Position numbers and translations under genes: made by a program. Below the pieces are notes generated by a model, which saw nothing but the letters and a program-made list of their open reading frames with translations, did not search any database and was not told where the DNA came from. 46,189 nt of DNA from a plasmid, in sequence record NZ_CP048628.1; one strand, written 5' to 3'. Shown piece by piece: positions 1-9,147 of this stretch (position 1 is the stretch's first letter; the number at the start of each line of letters is the position of its first letter).

Positions 1-373
1 TGTTAATTCTTTAGTAGCTGCTAAAGAAGTTATTATTGTAATGATGCCAGAATTTTTATCCGCTCAAGGAGTATCTCAATTAACAAAAACGATTGATATT
101 GTTCAACGTAGAATAAATCATGGTTTAAAAATTAGTGGTGTAATCTTAAATATGTATAATGGTCGTCGCAAATTGCATAAAGAGGCATCTGAAGAAGTCG
201 CTAAAATGTTCAAAGATAGATTATATAAAACATATATTCGTAACAGTGTAACCATTGCAGAAAGTCCAGGATTTGGTCAAGATATTTTTGCTTATAAATC
301 AGATTCTACAGGAGCAAAAGATTTCTCTGATTTAATTAATGAAATTGTAAAACAGGAGAATAGTAATGAGTAA
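1..373 (+). CDS. parA: ParA/Soj-family partition ATPase, C-terminal part. It continues in frame from 45790..46189 across the window ends (circular molecule).
   Basis: Joining the last two bases of the window (..atgatgac) to the first base gives codon ACT, and the frame continues into ORF 41..373 (..VNSLVAAKEVIIVMMPEFLSAQG..). The 45790..46189 ORF has the deviant Walker A motif KGGVGKT; this part resembles the ParA C-terminal region. Confidence 0.8.
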   Translation, partial: VNSLVAAKEVIIVMMPEFLSAQGVSQLTKTIDIVQRRINHGLKISGVILNMYNGRRKLHKEASEEVAKMFKDRLYKTYIRNSVTIAESPGFGQDIFAYKSDSTGAKDFSDLINEIVKQENSNE

Positions 374-671
374 AGTAACACCGAATTTTTTAGAGGGAAT
401 GGTTGATTCCACATTAAAAAATAATACATTAGAAAGAAAAAACAAAAGGAAAAAAAAAGAACGTATTCAAGAAGTTAAAAATGGGAAAAAACGCGTTACT
501 TTTGTAGCAGATGCTGAACTATGGGATAAATTTTTATCTTATGCTTATACATCACGACAAACAATAACAAGTGCTATGTCTGAGATGATGAGTGAATTTA
601 TAGAAAAAAAAGAACAAGAAATTACATTTGTACGAAAACCAAAAACACGTAGAAAAAGACCTGTTTATTAA
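366..671 (+). CDS. small partition partner, ribbon-helix-helix type (ParG/CopG-like), downstream of the wrap-around parA
   Basis: 101 aa, with a basic N-terminus (KRKKKERIQEVKNGKKR) followed by an RHH-like segment (VTFVADAELWDKFLSYAYTSRQTI). It overlaps the parA stop and holds the usual position of a centromere-binding protein in type Ib par loci. Confidence 0.5.
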   Translation: MSKVTPNFLEGMVDSTLKNNTLERKNKRKKKERIQEVKNGKKRVTFVADAELWDKFLSYAYTSRQTITSAMSEMMSEFIEKKEQEITFVRKPKTRRKRPVY

Positions 672-717
672 AAAATAAAGCTATAATTAAGTTATATGGG
701 GAGATGAACCATTTAAA

Positions 718-1149
718 ATGCACATAATTTATGATTTAATAAATTATCTTGATGATATCCTACTTCAAATCTTAATGATGATTCTACCAGAACAGATATC
801 CTTTCTTTTTGATGTACTAAACACTAGCACAGATGTTTTTTCTATAATAAGCGGCATGACGCCTCAACAAAGATCTTATTTTATAAAATTTTTAATAGAT
901 AATAATATAAGTTTAAATAGCTTATTTCTTTATTTTGAAATTTCATTAATGTTCACAACTGCACTTATATGTATGTATTTATATTTAACTCATCGTATGA
1001 GGAATTGTCATTCACTCATTGTATATCATATTAAACAAATATTATCTAATTATATATTATATGTTGCCGTTAGAACTACCACTGCATTAGCAGCTTATTA
1101 TATTTATATGATTCCAGATATCTTTGCTCTTTATACAGTACCATATTAA
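718..1149 (+). CDS. hypothetical hydrophobic protein (doubtful gene)
   Basis: 143-aa ORF in a very AT-rich stretch. Weak RBS and odd composition; it may be spurious. Confidence 0.2.
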   Translation: MHIIYDLINYLDDILLQILMMILPEQISFLFDVLNTSTDVFSIISGMTPQQRSYFIKFLIDNNISLNSLFLYFEISLMFTTALICMYLYLTHRMRNCHSLIVYHIKQILSNYILYVAVRTTTALAAYYIYMIPDIFALYTVPY

Positions 1150-1246
1150 AAAAATCTAAAAAAAACATTATGAACGTATATAATATACGTTCATAATGCA
1201 ACCATAAAACAATTATTTCTAATATTCTAATAATTTTTCACATCAA

Positions 1247-1330
1247 CTATTATTATATAACTATTATTATATAACTATTATTATATAACTATTATTATAT
1301 AACTATTATTATATAACTATTATTATATTT
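1247..1330. repeat. six tandem 14-bp repeats (ctattattatataa), the last degenerate; iteron-like
   Basis: Perfect tandem units read directly at 1247..1316 plus a variant unit at 1317..1330, immediately followed by the palindrome GTTTCACGTGAAAC. Confidence 0.8.
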
Positions 1331-1333
1331 ATT

Positions 1334-1347
1334 GTTTCACGTGAAAC
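1334..1347. promoter_or_regulatory. 14-bp perfect palindrome GTTTCACGTGAAAC (copy 1 of 3); putative operator
   Basis: The same palindrome recurs at 8676..8689 (with one mismatch) and at 35407..35420, each time in an intergenic or promoter-proximal position. Confidence 0.5.
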
Positions 1348-1547
1348 ATTTTAACCTTGCTAAGCAAGAGATTGACTGGACATATATTTTATGAAATAAT
1401 ATTATTAAACTAAGAAATATATAAAGCACTTATTCTTACAACAAAAATTATATTGAATAAAAAAACCTCATTTTTGAACATAAAAAAATAATAAAAATAC
1501 ATAACATATAATTATTAAATATATCAATACAATCTGGAGTAAATATA

Positions 1548-2117
1548 ATGTATTTAACGAAAAATATATTATATCATGGGACAATAAAACCACATGATAT
1601 AATAGACTTATCAAAATGTAAAAAATTTGGTGATTTTGGAGCTGGATATTATTTAACAACCTTATATAAACAAGCTTTTAATTGGGGAAAAAATAAAAGT
1701 CATGGAAAATGTGATTATTATATATATCAATACAAGTTCCAATTACCTTTAACAGATAATATAAAAGAATTATCTTTATTAACTTATAATAAAGAATGGT
1801 TAGATATTATAGCTTATTGTAGAACATATGGTACTATTCCAGAAGATATAAAAAAAATAAACAATATAAGAAATCCAGATGATTATGATATCGTTTATGA
1901 TCGTATGGCTGATAATATTGGTAGTGAAATATCTAATTGCGTATCTCAATATATAAAAAAAGAAATCTCTGTTAATAAAATTCTTCCTATAATTTCTAAA
2001 GAATGGGCTCAACCGAGAGACCAATATTGTTTTAAAACTTCAAAAGCCATAAGTTTATTAAAACGTGAGCAAACCCTTGCCTTTGATAAAAATAATAAAT
2101 TAAAATATAGGGATTAA
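1548..2117 (+). CDS. hypothetical protein (N-terminal LYHGT..FGxGYYLT motif)
   Basis: 189-aa ORF with an AT-rich RBS and an ATG start. It is the first of three co-oriented ORFs ending at the terminator at 2818..2852. Confidence 0.4.
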   Translation: MYLTKNILYHGTIKPHDIIDLSKCKKFGDFGAGYYLTTLYKQAFNWGKNKSHGKCDYYIYQYKFQLPLTDNIKELSLLTYNKEWLDIIAYCRTYGTIPEDIKKINNIRNPDDYDIVYDRMADNIGSEISNCVSQYIKKEISVNKILPIISKEWAQPRDQYCFKTSKAISLLKREQTLAFDKNNKLKYRD

Positions 2118-2121
2118 AATA

Positions 2122-2562
2122 ATGAATACAACTAGATTACAACAATTAATAGATATGTATGTATATATAACAAAATCTTCTACTAATGAAGCAAAAAAAA
2201 ATATTCTTTCTACATTTACAGGTCAAGCGATTGCTAATAATAATCCTGCATATCTTTATGAGCAACAAACAAATAATTTAATAGATATTATTTCTGAATT
2301 ACCACTAGATATTCAAAATAAATTTTCAATAGAAAAAATTATTAATGCAATGGAACATTTAAAATGTCCTAGTATGATAAAAAAAAATTTCGTTGCTTTG
2401 CCAAATTATAAGCAGAAAAATAAGAAAGAATTATTATTTCTTCAACAAAAAAATTTAATTGAAATTTCTCAAAATATGATTTTAATTAATAAAATAAAAA
2501 AAGTTCCTAAAAAAATTTCTAAATATCAATTACAATTAAAATTACAAAAAAAACAATCTTAA
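2122..2562 (+). CDS. hypothetical protein
   Basis: 146-aa ORF tightly spaced after the previous gene. Confidence 0.4.
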   Translation: MNTTRLQQLIDMYVYITKSSTNEAKKNILSTFTGQAIANNNPAYLYEQQTNNLIDIISELPLDIQNKFSIEKIINAMEHLKCPSMIKKNFVALPNYKQKNKKELLFLQQKNLIEISQNMILINKIKKVPKKISKYQLQLKLQKKQS

Positions 2563-2584
2563 AATATTATTAAGGAGAATTTTT

Positions 2585-2809
2585 ATGCTTATACATGTTA
2601 GAAATGCGGCTCATGAACTACAAATAAAAGATATTCTAGATATAAATTTTGATATGAAAGTAGAGCTAAAAGATAATAAATATATTGTTTGTCTAAATAA
2701 ACAATACACTTTAGATGCAGAATTTAATACTAAAGAAGAAGCTGAAGCTGCAATGATACGAATTGCTGATTCTAGAAATAATTTAGAAATTGAATTAAAA
2801 AATTGGTAA
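2585..2809 (+). CDS. hypothetical small protein
   Basis: 74 aa; RBS aaggagaatttttATG; followed by a hairpin terminator. Confidence 0.4.
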   Translation: MLIHVRNAAHELQIKDILDINFDMKVELKDNKYIVCLNKQYTLDAEFNTKEEAEAAMIRIADSRNNLEIELKNW

Positions 2810-2817
2810 GATAAAAT

Positions 2818-2852
2818 TAAGAGCCTATCATTTAGCTAAATGATAGGCTCTT
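2818..2852 (+). terminator. rho-independent terminator hairpin (aagagcctatcatt..aatgataggctctt)
   Basis: Perfect 14-bp inverted repeat followed by a T-rich stretch. Confidence 0.6.
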
Positions 2853-3146
2853 AATTATTTTAGTCTATTTTTTAGTATTAGATTATTAATATAGTTATTA
2901 AAGCTATTGCCTTCAACGAATACTTTAGCTTTGCTATATACTGTAGAGTGATGTTGCCACATTATAATACCTCGTTTTTTTATAAGAAATGCCGTGAAGC
3001 TGCAACTTCACGGCATTTCTTGTCTTCTATGGACTAATCTAATATTATCTTTGGTATCTATATCATATATTATATTGTAGAGGTTTTCAAGTTTTTCATT
3101 CTCACGAAAATGTTTAAGACCTTTTTTCATATTGTCTATTATACTC

Positions 3147-3758
3147 TTATTTATTTGAATTTTGTATTGCCGCATTAATAGATGATGCTGTTTCTGAAGG
3201 GTCTACTTTCTGTAAAACTTTTTCCATTGCTACAGATGCAATAGCTCTGCCAACTGCATCTGTAGCGTTAGTTTTATTATTTACAATACCTGTACCTTGT
3301 CCTAGAGAAGTTGCCATATCTCCTAGACCACCTGCTAATGCTACATTTCCTTCAACATTCGCATTTTTAATCATATCTGCTTTTTGTCTAATTATCATGA
3401 AAAAATCTCCCACACCACTACTGGTTGAATATCTTTCATCATAATCAACAACAAAGGCAGTATCTAAAGTAATTCGACGGAAGCACTGTCCACCATGATT
3501 AAATTCTACGGTTACTGTTCTATATACGTCTTCTTCTTCTGGTGGTATCATTGACCATTCAAATAATTTTACTGTTTGGCTGTTGATGCTGCCATTATCA
3601 TCTGCTTGCAATTTTCCTGCAATTTGAAGCGTTAAACACATTTGCGTTGATTTTGCCCGTACATTATTCGGCGTATCAAGTGAAGCCGTTACCATCTGTA
3701 CAATATTTTCGCCATAAAAAAGCGATTCATTTCCTTCGATTTTTAAAGTGAAGCCCAT
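3147..3758 (-). CDS. hypothetical protein with a Gly/Ala-rich C-terminal tail; weak Hcp/tube-like resemblance (tentative)
   Basis: 203 aa. N-terminus MGFTLKIEGNES..; motifs KLFEWS and ITLDTAFVVDYDERY; co-oriented with the vWA gene immediately upstream. Confidence 0.3.
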   Translation of the reverse strand: MGFTLKIEGNESLFYGENIVQMVTASLDTPNNVRAKSTQMCLTLQIAGKLQADDNGSINSQTVKLFEWSMIPPEEEDVYRTVTVEFNHGGQCFRRITLDTAFVVDYDERYSTSSGVGDFFMIIRQKADMIKNANVEGNVALAGGLGDMATSLGQGTGIVNNKTNATDAVGRAIASVAMEKVLQKVDPSETASSINAAIQNSNK

Positions 3759-3772
3759 GATAAATCATCCTT

Positions 3773-4387
3773 TTATTTTTTTATATACCTTAAAGAAGCT
3801 AACATAAACTCTTTTAATAAAAATAGTACTATTTGCAAAGCTATTGTTAATAAACATATAAATAACGTACTAAATATAAATATTATTATATCTATTATTA
3901 TTCGTTTCAAAGATAATAGAGGATATATAAATAAATCATTAAAATAATATTTATAATAAAGCTCAAATATAAATGAAAACATATTTTGAATAGGAACATC
4001 TCTAACTTCATATAAAGTAACAATATCTTTACTCATAAAGATTATAACATTTGAAAATAAAGATATAGCTTTTTCTAAACCTGCTCCTGCGTTAGTATAT
4101 CCTTCATATGTAACATTATTTATTGAATTTAATATTTTACTTCTATCACTTTCTAGTGGTTCTACACATTGAACAATATCGTTGTATGATACAAAACCTA
4201 CCTTATCTTCATTTGATGCTGCATCTAAAATTAAATTTATACTATCTGGTGCTAATTTATTAAAATCATTGTCATTCATTGACACACTTGTATCTAATAA
4301 ACATATAATTTCTCTTGATGAAGCAAATACTATATTTAAACTGAATAAAAAACTAATAAATATAATTATTGCTATTTTTCGCAACAT
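3773..4387 (-). CDS. secreted von Willebrand factor A (vWA) domain protein
   Basis: Signal peptide MLRKIAIIIFISFLFSLNIVFASS; MIDAS-like motif LLDTSVSM (DxSxS). Confidence 0.5.
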   Translation of the reverse strand: MLRKIAIIIFISFLFSLNIVFASSREIICLLDTSVSMNDNDFNKLAPDSINLILDAASNEDKVGFVSYNDIVQCVEPLESDRSKILNSINNVTYEGYTNAGAGLEKAISLFSNVIIFMSKDIVTLYEVRDVPIQNMFSFIFELYYKYYFNDLFIYPLLSLKRIIIDIIIFIFSTLFICLLTIALQIVLFLLKEFMLASLRYIKK

Positions 4388-4647
4388 TTTAACACCTTCT
4401 TACTATAAAGTATCTCACATCAATTTCTATATTAAGTTAAAATTTTTTATTTTTAGATATATATAAATATTATACAAATTTTTCATAATTTATACATTCT
4501 AAAAATAATAATCAATAATACTAAAGTATATATATTATACTTCTATAATACTATAAAACTTTCCTGCATTCATTAAAAAAATAAAATTATACAAAATACA
4601 AAAAATATTTTAACTGCCTACGAAAATCTAAAAATGAGTATAAAAAA

Positions 4648-4685
4648 ACTTCGAGTAAAGTTTAGCCACTTCTCGAAGTTTTTAC
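4648..4685. terminator. bidirectional hairpin terminator (aacttcgag..ctcgaagtt)
   Basis: 9-bp perfect inverted repeat flanked by an A-tract and a T-tract, downstream of the 4792..5169 minus-strand gene. Confidence 0.55.
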
Positions 4686-4791
4686 TTTTGTTCAATATCA
4701 ATGTTTATTTGTCTTGTACAAATTTTAATATATTATTCTTATTTTTTTAAATTTTCTCACAATAAAAATAAATTTTTAATGCTGTTAAGAA

Positions 4792-5169
4792 TTAATATAT
4801 TTCTTTGTTCATTAAGGACTCTATACTTCCATCATAAAGTTTATCCCATCTCCTAAGTGTATTCATTGTAAATCCATACATACTGGACAATGACCTTAAC
4901 GAGAATTTTTTATTTCTATATAAATTAACTGCTTCTAATCTAACTTCTATACTATAAACACCTTTTCGCTTTTGTCGTGATTTATTAAGTAAAGATTCTA
5001 CAGTTCCATTAAATCTTTGATTCCATCTTAGAAGTGATGCTCTTGAAATATTATATTGTTGACAAATAGTTTTTATATCTTTAGTTAATCTATATAATTC
5101 TACTGCTTTTATCCTTATATTTACATCATGGGGTAAATAATTCCTTGAAACTTCATCTTTCATAAACAA
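4792..5169 (-). CDS. helix-turn-helix protein resembling a transposase N-terminal (OrfA-like) domain; orphan
   Basis: 125 aa with two tandem HTH-like repeats (..KAVELYRLTKDIKTICQQYNISRASLLRWNQRF.. and ..LEAVNLYRNKKFSLRSLSSMYGFTMNTLRRWDKLY..). Confidence 0.45.
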   Translation of the reverse strand: MFMKDEVSRNYLPHDVNIRIKAVELYRLTKDIKTICQQYNISRASLLRWNQRFNGTVESLLNKSRQKRKGVYSIEVRLEAVNLYRNKKFSLRSLSSMYGFTMNTLRRWDKLYDGSIESLMNKEIY

Positions 5170-5551
5170 ACTCCTTAAATATATATCTAATCTATTTTAG
5201 TTATTTATTATGTAATATCTTAGATATATATTAAATCTCTACTTCTTATATTCTTTTTTTGAACACTCAGATAATATCCCCTTTTCAAAAGCTCTAGTAA
5301 CTTCTTTTTTTAATTTAACATCTTTATTGCTACCTTTTCTAATCTTTAATATTAATGCTCTACACATTTTTTCTCTTTCGTCCATAAAAACGCCCTCCTT
5401 TTTTTGTAATTTCATTTGTGATTTTTATAAATTTATATAATTTCATATTTGATACCTTAAATCTATATTATCAAATTTAAAATAAAAGTCAATATAAAAA
5501 TTAAAATAATATTGATTTTTATTTCATTTTTGATAATATATTAGTAGGAGG

Positions 5552-5953
5552 ATGATAATAGTGATAGAAGAAAAAGATTCAGCATTAATGGGAAAAAGAA
5601 TAAAAGAAATACGCGAAAAAAAAAATATGATTCAAGCAGACTTTGCTAAATTACTAGGAATTGGACAATCAACTTTAGCAATGCTTGAAGTAAGTAAAAG
5701 AAAAATTTCTGAACGACATATAAAAACTATATGTTCTATTTGCTCTGTAAATGAAGATTGGTTTAGAACAGGTAACGGTGAAATGTTTGTTGATAAACGA
5801 AAACCTATATTAAATAAACTAATAGATGAATTAAATCTTGATAAACAAGAAATTGAAATTTTAAATATATATTTATCGTTATCAAAGGAACAACGAAAAT
5901 CTATATTGAATTTTATTTTTGAATTTTCTAAAAAAATAAATGAAATATCGTAA
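5552..5953 (+). CDS. XRE-family HTH transcriptional regulator
   Basis: MGKRIKEIREKKNMIQADFAKLLGIGQSTLAMLE is a classic Cro/C1-type HTH. The real start may be GTG 5561 or ATG 5588, because the GGAGG lies too close to ATG 5552. Confidence 0.7.
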   Translation: MIIVIEEKDSALMGKRIKEIREKKNMIQADFAKLLGIGQSTLAMLEVSKRKISERHIKTICSICSVNEDWFRTGNGEMFVDKRKPILNKLIDELNLDKQEIEILNIYLSLSKEQRKSILNFIFEFSKKINEIS

Positions 5954-5980
5954 ATGTATAAAGGCTTGATATTTTTAATA

Positions 5981-6190
5981 TCAAGCCTTTACATTTTTAT
6001 TTTTCAAATAATGTTTTTGACAATCTGCTATCCACAAACATTTTGCATTTTCACATGAATATTTACCATAACAAGGATTATTACCTTCTTCAGTTTGTAT
6101 AAGATGTATCATGTCAGCTTTCTTCAAATTCTTAGCAAAAACAAGATTTCTACTTTTTCCTATTTTTTTTATTTCTTTGATTGTTGGCAT
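5981..6190 (-). CDS. small Cys-rich hypothetical protein
   Basis: 69 aa; contains CYGKYSCENAKCLWIADC; overlaps the start region of the recombinase gene. Confidence 0.3.
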   Translation of the reverse strand: MPTIKEIKKIGKSRNLVFAKNLKKADMIHLIQTEEGNNPCYGKYSCENAKCLWIADCQKHYLKNKNVKA

Positions 6191-6191
6191 A

Positions 6192-6860
6192 TTAATTATC
6201 TCCTTTTTTTATATCAAAATGCTTTTCATAGTTTTTTACCATTCTATAAAAAGTATTTTTTGACATACCAAAATACTTAAACACACTAACAGCAGTTCTC
6301 TCTCCTGCTTTCCATTCACTATAAAATTTGTACCAATCTTTGGGGTAATCCATTTTAGGTCTACCTAAATGTTTACCTCTTAATCTAGCAGCTTCAATAC
6401 CCTCTTTTTGACGTTTTTTTATTTTTTCTCTTTCTTGTTGAGCTTGAGTGCTTAATACTTCTATTAAAATACTATTCACCATATCCATTATGGTTTTTTG
6501 CATATTACCAAACCCTTTAAAATCCATTAAAGTTGTCGGAATATCTAATATACGAATAATTACACCTTTTTTCTTAAAATAAGTTAATGCTTCTTTTATA
6601 TCATTTTTATTTCTACCTAAACGGTCTAATTCTGTTATATATAAAATATCATCTTTTCTTAATCGCAAACATAAAGTTTTATATCCTGGTCGTTCTAAAT
6701 CTTTTCCACTTTGTTCGTCAAACAATATGTTTTCTTCATTTTTAACATATTTTTTTAATTCATCTATTTGTCTATTCAAATTTTGATCTTTACTACTTAC
6801 TCGCGCGTAACCAAAAATTTCTATGTTACTCATACAATCACCATATATATTATATACCAA
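6192..6860 (-). CDS. serine recombinase (resolvase/invertase family)
   Basis: N-terminal IFGYARVSSKDQNLNRQ (catalytic-Ser motif YARVSSxDQ) and a C-terminal HTH. Confidence 0.85.
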   Translation of the reverse strand: MVYNIYGDCMSNIEIFGYARVSSKDQNLNRQIDELKKYVKNEENILFDEQSGKDLERPGYKTLCLRLRKDDILYITELDRLGRNKNDIKEALTYFKKKGVIIRILDIPTTLMDFKGFGNMQKTIMDMVNSILIEVLSTQAQQEREKIKKRQKEGIEAARLRGKHLGRPKMDYPKDWYKFYSEWKAGERTAVSVFKYFGMSKNTFYRMVKNYEKHFDIKKGDN

Positions 6861-6879
6861 AAGGTTGAAAAATAAAATG

Positions 6880-6960
6880 ACGTGTCAAAAGGTTTAACAA
6901 AATATTTTTTGATACATAAATTAAGCATAAAGTCTTACAGTGTCAAAAGGTAAACCTTTT
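6880..6960. promoter_or_regulatory. candidate res/crossover site for the adjacent resolvase (repeated GTGTCAAAAGGT motifs)
   Basis: The motif occurs twice about 55 bp apart (cgtgtcaaaaggtttaac and gtgtcaaaaggtaaacc) with small internal palindromes, immediately upstream of the recombinase gene. Confidence 0.3.
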
Positions 6961-7306
6961 TATACCATATATAACTATATTATAACAAAAAAATCTATTA
7001 TTAAACATTTTTTATATAATGTATATTATATAATTATATATATATTATAATATGTATATAATTATATATGTAGTATAATATATATATAATTTAACATGAA
7101 ACATAAAAAAATCGAATAAAAAGGTAATTCAAAAAAAGATGTCTAAACAAAAAATTACATTTAATACCGAAAAAGCAAAATTAAAAAAAAGGGTTCTTTT
7201 TCGGTAGTGATAAAAAAACAGCACCTTCAAAAGTTATTTTTATATGTAACTTTCTTCGGTGCAGTTCAATTTATATACATTATCATATGTTTAATTATTT
7301 ATATTA

Positions 7307-7606
7307 TTAAATTTTAGTTCTTAATTTATTTATCTCTTCAATACTTAATTCTGTTATATCTGCTATATCTTCTATATTATCTCCACGATTTAACATTTTA
7401 ATTGCAATTTTTATCGCCTTAATATTTTCACCTTGTTGCAATCCTCGTTGTAATCCCTGTTCTATCCCTTCTTCTTTAAATGCACTTATATACGAATAAT
7501 AATCTCTTATTGCTTTTTCTCTTTGTTCATAAGCTCTACGTTCTATTTTATCCTGTAAAAAAGTATCTTCAAATTCTACAGCTTCCTTAATTGCTGGAGT
7601 TGTCAT
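7307..7606 (-). CDS. stand-alone copy of the Rpn C-terminal domain (product of a 309-bp tandem duplication)
   Basis: The first 47 aa (MTTPAIKEAVEFEDTFLQDKIERRAYEQREKAIRDYYSYISAFKEEG) are identical to residues 196-242 of the 7631..8500 protein. DNA 7480..7618 is a perfect copy of 7789..7927; the C-terminus is divergent. Confidence 0.5.
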   Translation of the reverse strand: MTTPAIKEAVEFEDTFLQDKIERRAYEQREKAIRDYYSYISAFKEEGIEQGLQRGLQQGENIKAIKIAIKMLNRGDNIEDIADITELSIEEINKLRTKI

Positions 7607-7630
7607 TGCTATTTCCTCAAAAATTAAAAC

Positions 7631-8500
7631 TTATTCTACTTTTATTTTACTTATTTCTTCTATACTTAAATTAGTATATTTAGAAATAAGCTCTATATCT
7701 ACTTTATCTTTTAACATATTTTTTGCAGTTTGTATAGCTTGTTGATATGAACCTTGTTGCAATCCTTGTTGCAATCCTTCTTCTTTAAATGCACTTATAT
7801 ACGAATAATAATCTCTTATTGCTTTTTCTCTTTGTTCATAAGCTCTACGTTCTATTTTATCCTGTAAAAAAGTATCTTCAAATTCTACAGCTTCCTTAAT
7901 TGCTGGAGTTGTCATTGCTATTTCCTCCAATTCTTTTTTAGTGTATCTTCCTGAAAAATAAGCAAGCCATGCTTCAGATGTTCTTATTTTTCTCATATCC
8001 TTTAAAGTAAATTTTGGTAATTCTAAGAAATGTATTTCTATATGGTCTGTAAGTTTATTATGCGATTTCACATTTAAAAGGTTATAGATATTATGCCAGT
8101 CTTGCTCATCTTTTAAATAGTTAAATGCCAATAAATTTATAGTGATAGCTTTTTGTAATTTTGCATATTCAGCACCCTTTTCTAGTTGTTCTGAATACAT
8201 TTTCGACCAATAATATAGAGAACGCTGTGCCATTAAAGTAAATGGACAAACTTGAACTTCTATATCTACTTGTGTACCGTCGTTTAAGTCTGCTCTAATA
8301 TCTAATTTAGATAATTTACCGTCTAATGTTAATGGTTCATTATCTTTATCTAAAAAAGTTATATCTGTAAAATACTCTTGTTCATCTTTATTTAAAATGG
8401 CATTTAAGAAACTAAGTGTTAAATTTTTTCTATTTTTATCGCCTAATAATTTTTTAAAGTATAAGTCATTCAATCTATTGAAATTTTCCATGATATTCAC
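7631..8500 (-). CDS. Rpn/YhgA-like PD-(D/E)XK recombination-promoting nuclease (transposase_31 family)
   Basis: N-terminus ..FKKLLGDKNRKNLTLSFLNAILN.. and DIEVQVCPF (D-x-E-x-Q core), typical of the YhgA-like family. Confidence 0.65.
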   Translation of the reverse strand: MNIMENFNRLNDLYFKKLLGDKNRKNLTLSFLNAILNKDEQEYFTDITFLDKDNEPLTLDGKLSKLDIRADLNDGTQVDIEVQVCPFTLMAQRSLYYWSKMYSEQLEKGAEYAKLQKAITINLLAFNYLKDEQDWHNIYNLLNVKSHNKLTDHIEIHFLELPKFTLKDMRKIRTSEAWLAYFSGRYTKKELEEIAMTTPAIKEAVEFEDTFLQDKIERRAYEQREKAIRDYYSYISAFKEEGLQQGLQQGSYQQAIQTAKNMLKDKVDIELISKYTNLSIEEISKIKVE

Positions 8501-8675
8501 TCCTTTATCCTATATTATACCAAAACTTTAAATTAAAACCTAATACTATAAAAAGCAAGATTCCTTACAATGATATCATGTTTTTCTATTTCACATTGTA
8601 TTATATTACAATAATAATATAATTATATATATATAATACTATTTATATAATTATATATATAACATAATATATATT

Positions 8676-8689
8676 GTTCCACGTGAAAC
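8676..8689. promoter_or_regulatory. palindrome GTTCCACGTGAAAC (copy 2, one mismatch)
   Basis: Sits about 45 bp upstream of an extended -10 promoter (tatgTTATAAT). Confidence 0.45.
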
Positions 8690-8748
8690 ATTTTAAATGA
8701 TATACATTAGTTACTATATTTTGCTTAAAATATGTTATAATTGAAGTA

Positions 8749-8808
8749 CAAACACAACAGTTAAATAAAAGCAAAAAACCTTGAGATATGGTCTTACTTA
8801 AGGTTTTT
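8749..8808 (+). ncRNA. candidate small RNA (copy A), from extended -10 promoter TGtTATAAT at 8733..8741 to the hairpin terminator ccttgag..cttaagg plus T6
   Basis: About 55 bp homologous to 35088..35172; the hairpin stem differs by a compensatory change (t:a here, c:g in copy B), which argues for a conserved RNA structure. Confidence 0.45.
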
Positions 8809-8837
8809 TGCTTTTAAAACTTACAAGGAAGAAAATT

Positions 8838-9128
8838 ATGGAAAAAGTATTTACAAAAAATGAATTTGATAAAAAAATAAAAAGTATTTTGTTATCAAAA
8901 GATTATGTAGATTACAATTACTATGCAGTTTATATAGCAAAACATATAGAATTATATTTTGAAAATCCTTTTGATAAAAATTATTATAATATAAAAGATA
9001 TAAAAACTGTTTTAGGAGAAAAAATAAATCCTAATCATGATATTTATATGGATTTAGTCTATGAAGAATTTAAAGAATTAAAGTCATCAAAAACTGAAAA
9101 AGAAACATATAATGAAATGTTTTTATGA
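8838..9128 (+). CDS. hypothetical protein
   Basis: RBS aaggaagaaaattATG; 97 aa (MEKVFTKNEFDKK..). The track ORF begins further upstream at 8808. Confidence 0.4.
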   Translation: MEKVFTKNEFDKKIKSILLSKDYVDYNYYAVYIAKHIELYFENPFDKNYYNIKDIKTVLGEKINPNHDIYMDLVYEEFKELKSSKTEKETYNEMFL

Positions 9129-9147
9129 AGGAGAAAAGAATTTGATA

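Noticed and set aside
1468-2024. Minus-strand ORFs 1468..1659 and 1800..2024, and other short AT-rich ORFs (4182..4466, 6095..6280, 9423..9608, 10072..10353, 10401..10808, 15236..15433, 15841..16032, 17488..17781, 18684..18944, 29388..29686, 29806..31998, 33083..33616, 36014..36199, 37585..37779, 42987..43259)
   Set aside because: All are antisense to or overlap stronger genes, and are Ile/Phe/Leu/Tyr-rich as expected from random AT-rich sequence.
3147-4387. A type VI secretion Hcp plus vWA pair as a secretion or defence system
   Set aside because: The Hcp-like resemblance is weak and no other T6SS components are present; kept as hypothetical proteins.
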